The notes beneath the pieces were generated by a model. The model had not been told where the DNA came from. It worked only from the letters and a program-made list of their open reading frames with translations, and ran no database searches. 64,000 nucleotides of DNA from Chloropicon primus (lineage: Eukaryota): assembly GCA_023205875.1 (NCBI GenBank), contig CP060773.1, forward strand, positions 1 through 64,000, written 5' to 3'. Shown here piece by piece: positions 13,008 to 23,243 of this stretch. The first letter of the stretch is position 1. Each line of letters starts with the position of its first letter. The position numbers were made by a program, and so were the translations under genes.

Positions 13008-13564
13008 CACCGCGACGCACGATCACGATCGATCCCCGCGACTCGGCGCTCCGTCCGTCGTTGTCGTTGGTGGCGGGAAAATGGGAAGAAAGGGGAGGAA
13101 AAAACGAAAGAACTTTGGCGGGAACGAGGACGAGGAGGACACAGAGGAGGAGGAGGAGGACACAGGAGGAGGAGGAGGAGGAGGAGGAGGAGGATACTGG
13201 GACACACAGACACAGGCACAGGCAGACGGGCAGGTAGGCAGGTGGAGGAGAGGCATAGAATAGAATAGGATAGCGGAGCAGAGTGACAGAGGGGTAAGAG
13301 GAGACCGAGGAGGTGTTGCAGGATACTGGAACACACACACGCACACACAGAGACACACACACACGCAGACACACACACACACACGCAGATAGGCAGCTAG
13401 GCAGACGGATAGGTTGACAAGGAGAGGCATAGGAGAGAGACAGAGGAGGAGGAGGGGGGGGGGCAGAGAGGTGTGAGCGATAGATACAGGTCAGGTACTG
13501 GATACCAGGAGAGTCGGGCACAGGCGCAGACGGTAACGTTCCACAACTCGTTAAGTCTCTGGCG

Positions 13565-14407
13565 ATGGGCGAGGGCCTCGAGCCACAGGAGCAGCAGCAG
13601 CATCCCTGCTGCAGTGGCGGCGCCCCACCACCGCTCCGGAAGCCGGCCGGTCGGCTGAGTGCCGAGCTGGGGGGCAGGAGCATGAGTTTGGGGACGCTGG
13701 TCAGGAGGCTGCACGGGATCCAGAGTGTGTACAGGGTCAGGAGGGGAGACACGCTCTTCAGCATGGCTGGGAGGCTGGGCCTGCCCTTGAGCGACCTCGT
13801 GCGGGCGAACGGGGGGAAGCACTGGATCAGGGAGGGGATGACCTTCCACCTTCCGTTCGACTTTGGGGAAAGGGAGTGCGACCGTGATCGGGATCAAGTT
13901 TGGGGGGCGTTCCGGGTCGGGGGCGGGGGGCTCGAGGGGAAGAGGTTGAAGTTGAGGAACCTGCTGCGCGCGATCAGGCACGTGGAGACGGGCTCATGCC
14001 CCCTCCCCGCACCCTCCGGGGACGGAGGCAAAAGCGTTGGACCTCTCCAGATTGGATACCAGTACTTCTGCGACGCCTGGGGGACCGGCGAGAGCGAGGT
14101 CCGGTGGAAGACCAAGTGCCAGAACCTCGAGTTCTCGGAGGACACCGCGATCCGGTACTGGAGTCGCTGGTGCCCCTGGGCCCTCCAGTTCCTCGACCTC
14201 GAGGCTCTCGCTCGGGCGCACAACGGCGGCCCAAGGTACACAATGCAGCTCAAGACGGCCAGGTACTGGAGGAAGGTGAGGGAGTCGCTGGGCGAGGGGG
14301 AAGATGGGAAGGATTCCGCGGTGGGGAAGCAGGACTGGGCGTGGCCGAGGCCATCACCGCCCAGCACTGCGACGAAACTCTTTGAGATCGAACTCTACAC
14401 ATTTTAG
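13565..14407 (+). CDS. LysM domain plus lysozyme-like (i-type/destabilase or SLT-like) domain protein
   Basis: YRVRRGDTLFSMA...IREGMTFHLP (LysM); AIRHVETG, GDGGKSVGPLQI...YFCDAW, ARAHNGGP, YWRKV. Confidence 0.75.
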   Translation: MGEGLEPQEQQQHPCCSGGAPPPLRKPAGRLSAELGGRSMSLGTLVRRLHGIQSVYRVRRGDTLFSMAGRLGLPLSDLVRANGGKHWIREGMTFHLPFDFGERECDRDRDQVWGAFRVGGGGLEGKRLKLRNLLRAIRHVETGSCPLPAPSGDGGKSVGPLQIGYQYFCDAWGTGESEVRWKTKCQNLEFSEDTAIRYWSRWCPWALQFLDLEALARAHNGGPRYTMQLKTARYWRKVRESLGEGEDGKDSAVGKQDWAWPRPSPPSTATKLFEIELYTF

Positions 14408-14459
14408 GTTTCAAATTAGTTTGGGTCGTGCAAAGCGAAGCCAGGCCTCGTCTTGGGGT

Positions 14460-17400
14460 CTAGGGCGTCGCCAGCAATTCCAGGAACTCCTCCTTGGGGG
14501 TCTCCTCCTCCCCGTGCCCCCCTCCGGTCTTGTCCAACTTGAAGAAGATGGACATGGGATCACGCACGTCGATGTGCGTGATCCCATGAGTCTTCATGAA
14601 GTCCACCCTGTTGTGAAGGAACCACTCCCTGAAGGCGGAGACGTGCGCCTCGCCACCGTACACCACTTTGTATAACTCTGTCCTGTCCGTCATGCTCCTG
14701 ATGAAGATTTTGACGCCGGGCACAACTTCCACGCAAGACAGGGCCACCGAGTCCTGGTGCTGCTGCTGCGTCGGTTCGGCGGCGTGCCCAATGTCCCCCC
14801 TCTTGGACGAAGGCTGCTGCCTCAGCCTGGTCTCCATCTCCTTCAGCTTCTGCTTCAGCCTCTTGTTCTGGGCCGAGAGGTGCACAAAGCTGTCGCTTCT
14901 CTGCTTCTTGACCTCGGTCATCGGCATTACCGGGGCCTTGATGCTGATGCCAAGGGGAGTCGAGAAGCTCTCCAGGCTTTGGCTCTGCTTCCTGATCCGG
15001 GCAAAGGTGTTCTGGCTATCCGCGTCGTTGCTCAGGTCGAAGCTCCAGGTGGAGTTCCTCGAGTGGGTCGGGGTCTGGGGCTGGGGAAGAATCGTGTTCA
15101 ACTTGCCGACGTCATTCTCCTTGCCCTGGTCCTCCTTGCCCTCCTCCTGCGCCCCCTTGGTAACGGCTGGCTGCGCGCCCTTGATCTGCGTGAGGGAGAT
15201 CTGCCTCTCGAGGTCCACGATCCTCTTCGCGAGCCTTTCCATGTTTGGAACCTTGGCTTTGTCCTCGCTCTCCTTGAAGATGGTCAGAAAGCTCGTCCTT
15301 TCCCTCTCCACGGGGCTGTCCCCTTGCCCGCTGCCGTCGTCAGCCCTTCTCGGGGGCTGGGACAGGATGGACAAGGGAGGCGATTGGATGATGGCCTCCA
15401 CGGCCTTCTCGTCCCTGGCGTGAGCGGACAAAGACCTCACCTTGTTGATGCCGTCGCCCAGTTTGGTCATCACGTCCAGGGTGCTGTCCACGTTCACGAT
15501 CTTCTTCTTGTCGGGGGGGGAGCCCTTGGAGCTGCCCACCGCGGGCCCCATCGATACCGGATCGCTGAGGGACTTCCTCTTGGTCTTCGTGTTCATGTAC
15601 GTCTTCAGGATCTTGATCACGGACTTTGTCTTGCTCCTCGCGCGTTTCCTGTTGGCAAGCGAGGGGTTCTCGCTTCCCACGCCACTTCCCGCGGCAGACT
15701 TGGCATTGCTCTTGCCTTGCAGACCCGACAACCTATCGGCCTTCTTGCCCTTGGCCTTTTTGTCCTTCTCCTCCGGGCTGTGGGAGGAGCTGACCACCGA
15801 AGTGCCCACCACAGACTGAAACTTCTCCCGGGCCATCTTGAGCTGCCTCTCCACCTTGGCGTCGTCATACCCGGTGTGCGTGCACACACTCAACGTGTAG
15901 TGCTCCCCGCACTGGATGTCCAGGATGTGCCTGCTCGCCAGCTTTTGGACGGACTTTGGCTCGGAGATGTCCTTGAAATCATTGTGACCCAGCTGGCCCT
16001 CCTTCCCCTGGCCCCAGGAGTACACCCTCGACTTCTTCTTGTTCACCACGACGCTGTGGTGCAAGCCACAGGCAATCTGGGAGATGCTCTCGTGCTGGAC
16101 GTTCACCTCGTGGAACCCGCCCCCCGCGGCCCGGGGTCCGCACACCCCGGCCTGGTACACCAGCCCCTTCTCACTGAGGACAAGGGTGTGGGAAGCGCCG
16201 CATTCCACCTGGGCGAGATCCTTGGCGGCTATGGCGCCGCCCACGTCCAGCGGGGTCCAAGCAATCGAATCCTTGGAGAGGCTCTCCCTCTTCTCGGGGT
16301 CCAGGCCAAGGCAGCCCTCCTCGTCCGAGCCCCAAACATACAGGGAAGACTGGCCGTTGCTCGGAGCCGTTACGTCCTTGTCCTTGTCCCCAACGCTGCC
16401 GGGAGAGGTGGAAGCGGAGGTGGAAGTCAGGGCATCCCCGCCATTCTCCCTTTTGCTCACGAGCTCCACCACAGCAGCAGTGTGCCAGGTGCCGCAAGCA
16501 ACGTGCTTCGTTGTCCTCTGCCCGAAACCATTCCCTTCCACCCTCCGGGGAGCGCACAGCCTCTTGACGTCCGGGCCTTGCCCCAGCTTTCCCAAGAAGT
16601 TGTCCCCCCAGGTGTACAGGTTCCCTCTGGCCTCCAAGGTGATGAGGGCGCTGTGGTACGGCCCGCACGTCACCTTGAGTACCTTCTTGGAGGACAGGCA
16701 AGAGAATTGCTTTGGAAACCACTGGGTGTGAAGGCCAGGAACCATTTGGTCTCCGCCTCCATCCTCCGTCTCCGCCGCCTCCGCCGCCCCGTCGCTGGTG
16801 CTCGTGCCGCTGGTCTGCCTACTGCCCCAAGTGAACAGCTCCCCCTTGGTGGTGATCACCGCGGTCTGATCGCTGCTGCAGGAGGCAAAGTGAATCGTCT
16901 CGGTCTCCAGGCCCACGACCAGCCGCCTCGGGATTCTCATCTCAGCGCAAATGCCGTGCCCAAGCTGTCCCGCCGCCCCGCTGCCCCAGGAGTAGATCCC
17001 GCCGCTCCTCGTGACCAGCATGCCGTGGGAGGATCCAAAGGCGACCTTGCTCACGTCCAGCGAGTCGGTCCCCTCCAAGATCGTGGGCCTGTTGCTGTCC
17101 TGCATCAAAAGCGATCCAGAGTCCAAGAAGCTTCCCCACACGAACAGGTCTCCGGGGGGCAGGTGGGCGTTGAACTTGCTCAGGACAAGGTCCCTCGAGA
17201 CGCGGTTCAAGTCAGCCGAGTGCTCCATTGTTTGGGAGGCGACCACGTCGTTCGCCATCATGGACGAGGACGCGCCGTTGTGGCCATAGTACTCGTCCTG
17301 GTGGCCCGAATCCGGCAGGCCCAGAACCCTGGCCATCTCAAACGAAATCTGGCTCGGGTCCACGGAGCTCAAGCTCAAGTCGTTCTGGCTTCCGTTGGCG

Positions 17401-17942
17401 CTCCTGACCCCGAGCCCGGCGCTTCCCATCAAAGAGAACGAGCTCCTCGGGTTCACCACGACGCCGCTGTAGTCCCCGTACCCCGACGCCAGCATCTCAT
17501 CCTGCTGAATGTAGTCCTGGCTCTGGTGGAACTTTGTCACTTGCTCCAGGCCGTGGATCCAAAGCTGCTGCTCCTCGTTCGAGGTGCACGCGATGGAAAA
17601 CTTTCTCAGGTACTCCTTCTTGTCGAAGTACGTGACTGTGATGCTGTGCTCCTGAAGCTTGCTGGTTCGTCCGGGGACGTACTGAAATATCCCGAGGAAC
17701 ACCCGATGGGTCACCCCCTTCTGGATGTCAGCGATACGCAAGATGCTGATGTACTTCTTCTTCTGCCCGCTCCTGCCCACTCTGTTGTACACGAGGTACC
17801 TGTCGTCCGAGCTCAAGCGTATGTTGACGAAGTGTGGAGTGGCACGGCGGCAGAACTTCAGCAGGATCCCGCCTTTCCGAAGCTGAGTGATGGCACTCTC
17901 GGCGGTCACCTGGTCGTAGCTCGCCTCTTTCTTCATCACCAT
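14460..17942 (-). CDS. PH plus RCC1-repeat protein (PRAF/RLD-like) with coiled coil and a divergent C-terminal BRX-like segment
   Basis: LRKGGILLKFCRR..PHF PH start; many YSWG..GQLG / CG..H RCC1 repeats. Confidence 0.85.
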   Translation of the reverse strand: MVMKKEASYDQVTAESAITQLRKGGILLKFCRRATPHFVNIRLSSDDRYLVYNRVGRSGQKKKYISILRIADIQKGVTHRVFLGIFQYVPGRTSKLQEHSITVTYFDKKEYLRKFSIACTSNEEQQLWIHGLEQVTKFHQSQDYIQQDEMLASGYGDYSGVVVNPRSSFSLMGSAGLGVRSANGSQNDLSLSSVDPSQISFEMARVLGLPDSGHQDEYYGHNGASSSMMANDVVASQTMEHSADLNRVSRDLVLSKFNAHLPPGDLFVWGSFLDSGSLLMQDSNRPTILEGTDSLDVSKVAFGSSHGMLVTRSGGIYSWGSGAAGQLGHGICAEMRIPRRLVVGLETETIHFASCSSDQTAVITTKGELFTWGSRQTSGTSTSDGAAEAAETEDGGGDQMVPGLHTQWFPKQFSCLSSKKVLKVTCGPYHSALITLEARGNLYTWGDNFLGKLGQGPDVKRLCAPRRVEGNGFGQRTTKHVACGTWHTAAVVELVSKRENGGDALTSTSASTSPGSVGDKDKDVTAPSNGQSSLYVWGSDEEGCLGLDPEKRESLSKDSIAWTPLDVGGAIAAKDLAQVECGASHTLVLSEKGLVYQAGVCGPRAAGGGFHEVNVQHESISQIACGLHHSVVVNKKKSRVYSWGQGKEGQLGHNDFKDISEPKSVQKLASRHILDIQCGEHYTLSVCTHTGYDDAKVERQLKMAREKFQSVVGTSVVSSSHSPEEKDKKAKGKKADRLSGLQGKSNAKSAAGSGVGSENPSLANRKRARSKTKSVIKILKTYMNTKTKRKSLSDPVSMGPAVGSSKGSPPDKKKIVNVDSTLDVMTKLGDGINKVRSLSAHARDEKAVEAIIQSPPLSILSQPPRRADDGSGQGDSPVERERTSFLTIFKESEDKAKVPNMERLAKRIVDLERQISLTQIKGAQPAVTKGAQEEGKEDQGKENDVGKLNTILPQPQTPTHSRNSTWSFDLSNDADSQNTFARIRKQSQSLESFSTPLGISIKAPVMPMTEVKKQRSDSFVHLSAQNKRLKQKLKEMETRLRQQPSSKRGDIGHAAEPTQQQHQDSVALSCVEVVPGVKIFIRSMTDRTELYKVVYGGEAHVSAFREWFLHNRVDFMKTHGITHIDVRDPMSIFFKLDKTGGGHGEEETPKEEFLELLATP

Positions 17943-19301
17943 ATGGAACTGAACTTGTGTGAGAAGACACTACGTTGCTGCTCCAGAGAGGAACAACCGT
18001 TGTCGTCGTCGTCGTCGTCGTCGTTGCTTCGCTACTCAACTCTCTTTCTGACCCACTCAAACGCCGGGCGAGTCACCGCCAGCTCCAAGATCCCATCTTT
18101 GGCACCAATCCGCTTGCCGTGACACTCGCCTCGCTTCCACCTATCAAGACGACCTCTCTGTCTCTCTCCCTCTTCGTTGTCTTTTTTTTTCCTTTGGCTC
18201 TCGCTGCAGGCCCCTCTCCTCCTTGGCGCTCCTCTCTCGTCCCCAGCACGGAATAATCACTCGATCGCCACCGAGTCCCGAAGCCTCCTCCACGTATCGA
18301 GAAGACTTGTCTCTCTCCCTGGCTCCCCACTCTCCTCGTCCCCCCCCCCCCCTTGGCCTTGGTCTCCCTCCCCAGTGGCCTTCCCCCCGTTGTCCTCCAG
18401 GCCTCACTCCCTCCACCACGCAGGCAAGCGTCTCGTCTCGTCTCCTCCCTCGTTAGGAAAGGCAAAGCCAATGGACACGCACAAGAAACCCTCCACCTCA
18501 CACCTTTAGGATAAGTTGCCTCACCCTTGCGCAATCCGTAGCTTGCTCGTCTTGGTTTCCCCGCTCTCCCCTTCTCTCTCCGCCAGTGCTGTGGTCACGA
18601 TGTAGTGTAAAGACTAAGGATGAATGTACATGATTTGAAAGAATCTACGCCATTACCGAGGAGGGGAGAGGAAGATAGATGGACAGGGCGGAGGCCAAGG
18701 CGAGTGGAGAGGACAGGACCACCTGGAAGAGAGCCAGGAGGCCTGAGGGATAGGATCCTGGTGGACACACACACACACAGGCAGACAGACAGGCACGGAG
18801 AGAGAGAGAGAGAGAGTTGAGTCATAGCAGTCACAGACTTGCTGGATAGACTCTCTCAGGAGGGGGAGGTGAAGGACAGGAGGGAAGAGTGAGGACGGGG
18901 AACACTAGTGGACTTGGAGGGTAAGGCCAAGGCAGTGGGTGGATAGCCATAGCCTGGGGGAAAGGCCAGGTGGAGAGAGAGAGAGAGAGAGAGAGAGACG
19001 GGGAGGAGTTTGGTCACACTCACTTCTTGGTCCACGACCCAGCCGGGAGGGAGAGGAGACCGCGGAGGCCAGGAGGTGGTGAGAGGCAGACGGAGAGCAG
19101 AGAGAGAGAGAGAGAGAGAGAGAGTAGTGCCTCTATCCCTGAGGGATCGATGCCAAGTCAGGAGCCAAGGAGGTAGGCAAGGACGAGCAGCGCAGATAAA
19201 GATAATACAGAAGAGGGAGGCGGTGGGTTGGGGGCACAGGCGGTCACGATAGATATAGAAAGGCAAAGTTCGGGAAGGCTCAAGCGACTGTGACGACAGC
19301 A

Positions 19302-20730
19302 ATGACGTCCAAGGCGGGCCCCTCGTGCTACAGTGGGGACAACTCCTGGGAGAGGTCCTACAAGCACGTCAGGGACAACCACAAGATACATTTGGAGTAC
19401 ACGAACAGAGAGTTCGAGACGTGTTTGCAGCACATCGAAGAGGTCTTGGACGCCAACGAGGGTCTCGCCGAGTACCCTCTGTACGTCAAGGCGCTGATCA
19501 GGCGGCGACAGGGGAAGATCCAAGAGTCCCTGCAGCTGTTTCAGAAGGCCACGGCGCTGAATCCCTCGAACGTCCTCAACTTGAAGCAGGTTGGGAGGAG
19601 CCTGATGCTTTTGGGCAAGTACCGGTCCAGCATGGAAGTTCTGACGGAAGCGAAGCGAATGAACCCGGATGATTGGGAGGTAAGCAACGAGGGGTGCACC
19701 GGGTGGTACAACGCATTGCCGGGGCGTCTGACGAGAGACCGCGGTTCTCTTTCTGTGCTTTCCTTCTTCCCACGTGTCTGCGGCTTTGGAATCGCCACCG
19801 CGACCCTTCTCCTCCTCGTCCTTCTCCTCCTCCTCAATCGTAAAGGTGTGGCACGACGAGGGGATCTGCAACGCCAAAGCGAGGAACTACGAGAAGGCCG
19901 TGGAGTGCTTCAAGAAGGCCAACGCGATCCATCCCCACGACACGACGTACTTGGCGTTGGGCGGGGTGTTTTCAGCCATGAACAAGCACAAGAAGGCCGT
20001 GAAGGTGTACTTGGATGGCCTCAAGGCGTCCCCTGGGAACCCGGAGCTCCTCATGAGCTGCGGCTTGGCCTACCTCCGGAGCGACGAGAATTACAAGGCC
20101 TTCGAGATGCTCCTCAAGGCCCTCTCCATCGACCCGAAGAACCCGAGCACGATCTTGGCCACCTGCAGCATGATCCAGGAGCACGCGGACTTGGACACGG
20201 CGCTGCTCAAGTACAGGGTCGCCGCGGTCGTGAACCCCTCGAGCTCTCAGCTGTGGAACAACGTGGGAATGTGCTTTTACGGGAAGCAGAAGTACATCGC
20301 TTCCATCGCTTGCCTGAAGCGAGCTCTGGCCATCGACCCCTTCGATTGGATCGTGAATTACAACCTTGGCCTGGTCCACCTGAGCACCGGCCAGCACGCC
20401 AGCGCCTTTCACTTCATGTCGAGCTCCATCAACCTCAAGCCCGAGTACCCCAGCAGCTACATGTACCTCGCCGTGATCCTGAGCAAGCTGGAGGACATCG
20501 AGAACGCCAAGGCGGCCTACAACAAGGCCCTGTCGCTCAAGAGCAACTACCTCTTCGAGTTGAATTACGCCATCACCCTTTACAGCTTTGACATGCTGGA
20601 GGAGAGCTTGGCGCACTTCCGGAGGTTCGAGGAGCTCTTCCGGGACCAGAGCAGGGACGCCGGCGCCGACCCGGACATCCTGGAGCAGCGGAGGGTCCTC
20701 GCCAACGCCCACGGCATCGATCTGGACTGA
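19302..20730 (+). CDS. BBS4: Bardet-Biedl syndrome 4 protein (BBSome TPR subunit); intron 19680-19845
   Basis: YPLYVKALIRRRQGKIQESLQLFQ, NLKQVGRSL.LLGK, DDWE, LWNNVGMCF, YNLGLVHL.TGQ.ASAFHF. Confidence 0.88.
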
Positions 20731-21343
20731 GACACGAGACTTCCCTTCCTTCCCTTCCTTCACGGAGAGGAGGAGGAGGAGGACGCCTCTTTGTGGTCAC
20801 GGTCCAAGGTTGGCGTCGCGTTGCTGGGCCAGAGAGGGGGAGGGAGATGGGGGAGGGAGAGGGGGAGTCTCGCTCTAAAGCCAATCGCAAAGGCTCTTTT
20901 TTCTTTTCTTTTTTCTTGTAATTGTATGGAGGTGGAAAAGGATTATGGTTGTGCAAGCTGGATGAGCTTCCCTTCAGCGGGCAGAGACGGCATCGTTTTC
21001 GTTTTCGTGTAGTGGTGGTGCTTTTGGGGGGAGCGAACAAACGTACGAATACCCTTCATGGTAGATCGTTTGACGGGCACCCATTGACGTCCAAGCCAAG
21101 CCGAGGGAGCGAACACATGCATCCCAGAAGTCCAAGACACTCGCCCTCTTGTCCTTCCCCCGTTGGTCCCGTTGCCTGGTTGTGACTTCTCTCGCCCAAC
21201 TTCCCCTTCCCCCTTCCCCTCCAGCTGGCGTCCTCCTCATTGGCCGATCGTTTGATCTTCATAATCTCCCGCCAATTTTTCACCAATCAGCAGATCGCGA
21301 TCGGCGCTCGAGGAGCAACACAAACGCAAACCCAAACCCAACC

Positions 21344-21387
<44 letters not shown>

Positions 21388-21391
21388 GACG

Positions 21392-22783
21392 ATGCAGGGT
21401 GTTCGTGTTGGCCTCGGTTCGAGGAAGAGTTTCCGTCCGCATCAGCAACAGCATCAGCAACACTCTGTTCATCATCATGTTCGATCTCATCATGATGTTT
21501 TGTGTCATGGGAAGAGGGAAGGTGTGGACAAGGTGGAGGTGGATGAGGTGACCAAGTGCGCCGCCGCTTGTGTTGCTGCGATGGTTGTGATGATGCCAGG
21601 AAGTGCCTCTGCTGCGAAGAAGGAAGAGGTGGATGCTTACCAGCAATACTTGAACAAGACGGGCACGGTGTCGGTCAAGGACTTCAACAAGACGGGGACC
21701 AAGACAAAGGCAAGCGTTGGTGGGAGTCCGAGTGTGACTCCAGCGGATGCCAAGGTGGCGCCCGCTCCCGTGGCGACGAAAGCGGCAGGGGCAGGGGCAG
21801 GGGGAGCAAGCATTGGTCCAGAGGCTCTCGGTGCGGTGGCTGTGGTCGGTGCCCTCGGCGCCAGCAGTGCGTTGGGCGGAGGGAAGGAGAAGGGGAAAGC
21901 GGCCAAGGGGGGTGGCACGGTGAAGGCGAGGAGGCCATCGCCTGCGCCCAAGCCGAGGAGGAGGGCCGCGGCTGCGGCAGCAAAGCCGAGGGCGCAGACC
22001 GTGAAGGTCACGAGGAAGGCCGCGCCATCTGCGGCGAGGAGGGGTGGAACGACGAGGAGGACCCCCAAGCTCATCGATGACGAGTCTGGGCAGATTGTGG
22101 GTTACTTGGGAGTTGCTGGGATCGCCCTCCTTTCCTCGGCCTCCATCTTCCTGCAGGCGTCCTCCGGGTCGTCCCGCAGCAGCAAGTCTTCCGCGCCGTC
22201 CTCCCCCGCCCCGGTGGTTCCCGCGGCGGCGACCTCGTCCCCGCCTCCGCCCCCGGCGGGCGCCAAGGCCAAGAGCGCGCCCAAGCCCAAGGCCCCGGCC
22301 CCGAAGCCCAAGAAGCCCGCGGCTCCCAAGCCCACCAAGAAGCCCGCGGCGGCTAAGAAGGCCAGCAGCTCCTCGGCGAGCGACGGGGACAGCACCAAGA
22401 ACGCAGCCGCCCTGGGAGGTGGAGTGATCGCCCTCCTGCTCGCCACGCAAGCCGGAGGCAAGAAGGACGGGGACGACAAGAAGGAGAAGAAGGAGAAGAA
22501 GGAGAAGGAGGAGCCAGCCCAGGAGGCGGCGGAGGCCACCGCCACCACTACCGCGGAGGCCCCGGCCGCGGCGGAGGAGGCCCCAGCCGAGGTGAAGCCA
22601 GCGACCGAGGAGGCCCCAGCAGCAGCCAAGGAGGAGGAGAAGGAGGAGGAGGTGGAGGAGCTCAAGTGGGTCGGCGAGGAGACCACCGCGGCCGACACCT
22701 CCAAGAACGTCCAGGAGGCCAAGAGCTGGATTGGCCGCTGGAAGGCCAGGAGGGCCGCGAAGAAGAAGGACGCCGACAAGTAA
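21392..22783 (+). CDS. Ala/Pro/Lys-rich low-complexity membrane protein, possibly thylakoid-targeted
   Basis: Long ORF with genome-typical codon use, transit-like N-terminus, hydrophobic stretch ending ASA, about three hydrophobic segments, TGTAA after the stop. Confidence 0.6.
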   Translation: MQGVRVGLGSRKSFRPHQQQHQQHSVHHHVRSHHDVLCHGKREGVDKVEVDEVTKCAAACVAAMVVMMPGSASAAKKEEVDAYQQYLNKTGTVSVKDFNKTGTKTKASVGGSPSVTPADAKVAPAPVATKAAGAGAGGASIGPEALGAVAVVGALGASSALGGGKEKGKAAKGGGTVKARRPSPAPKPRRRAAAAAAKPRAQTVKVTRKAAPSAARRGGTTRRTPKLIDDESGQIVGYLGVAGIALLSSASIFLQASSGSSRSSKSSAPSSPAPVVPAAATSSPPPPPAGAKAKSAPKPKAPAPKPKKPAAPKPTKKPAAAKKASSSSASDGDSTKNAAALGGGVIALLLATQAGGKKDGDDKKEKKEKKEKEEPAQEAAEATATTTAEAPAAAEEAPAEVKPATEEAPAAAKEEEKEEEVEELKWVGEETTAADTSKNVQEAKSWIGRWKARRAAKKKDADK

Positions 22784-22795
22784 TCATTCATATAG

Positions 22796-22800
22796 TGTAA
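22796..22800 (+). other. Green-algal polyadenylation signal TGTAA (similar ones at 3405, 52356 and 57732 after + strand genes)
   Basis: TGTAA recurs shortly downstream of stop codons; a known chlorophyte poly(A) signal. Confidence 0.55.
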
Positions 22801-23006
22801 TAAATCGAAGGAAGAATCGAAGGAGGAGGATGCCTTGCCCTACACCGTCCTTCCCGTCCTCTTCGTTTCTCTCTCTCTCTCTGTCTCGTGGGTCGGCGAT
22901 GAGACCACCGCGTGTTCGCCCTCGTGCTCGGCCGTTACGATCAGCCGTTACAATTAACTAACGTTTCGCGCACCGTATATTTCTCTCACGGACAAAAAAT
23001 AAAAAA

Positions 23007-23078
23007 AGGCAGCACCGGGACTCGAACCCGGGCTGGAGGAATCAGAATCCTCAATCATAACCCCTAGATCATGCCGCC
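23007..23078 (-). tRNA. trnQ: tRNA-Gln(CUG)
   Basis: Cloverleaf: GGCGGCA/TGCTGCC acceptor, GAGGA-TTCTGAT-TCCTC anticodon arm, CCGGG-TTCGAGT-CCCGG T arm, followed by an oligo-T terminator. Confidence 0.93.
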
Positions 23079-23243
23079 ATCCTCCGAGTAGAGAATACTG
23101 TGTGAGGTTAACATCGAATTCCTTCATATAGCTTTCAACTCAGGTGTTTTTCGAAACGCACGGGGCGCCGATCGGCGAGAGCGACAAGGTGGTGTCCTCG
23201 ACAAGGTGTCCTTCTTCTTCGTCCTTCACATCGATTCATTGTC

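Noticed and set aside
14757..18122. 1121-aa plus-strand ORF and other long antisense ORFs (3291-5024, 23670-25430, 28419-30599)
   Set aside because: Shadow frames of real genes caused by GC-rich codon bias; no motifs
18100..19290. ORFs in GA/CT microsatellite-rich intergenic DNA (also 5100-5700, 12450-13450, 27300-28000)
   Set aside because: Low-complexity translations of simple repeats in UTRs, introns and promoters
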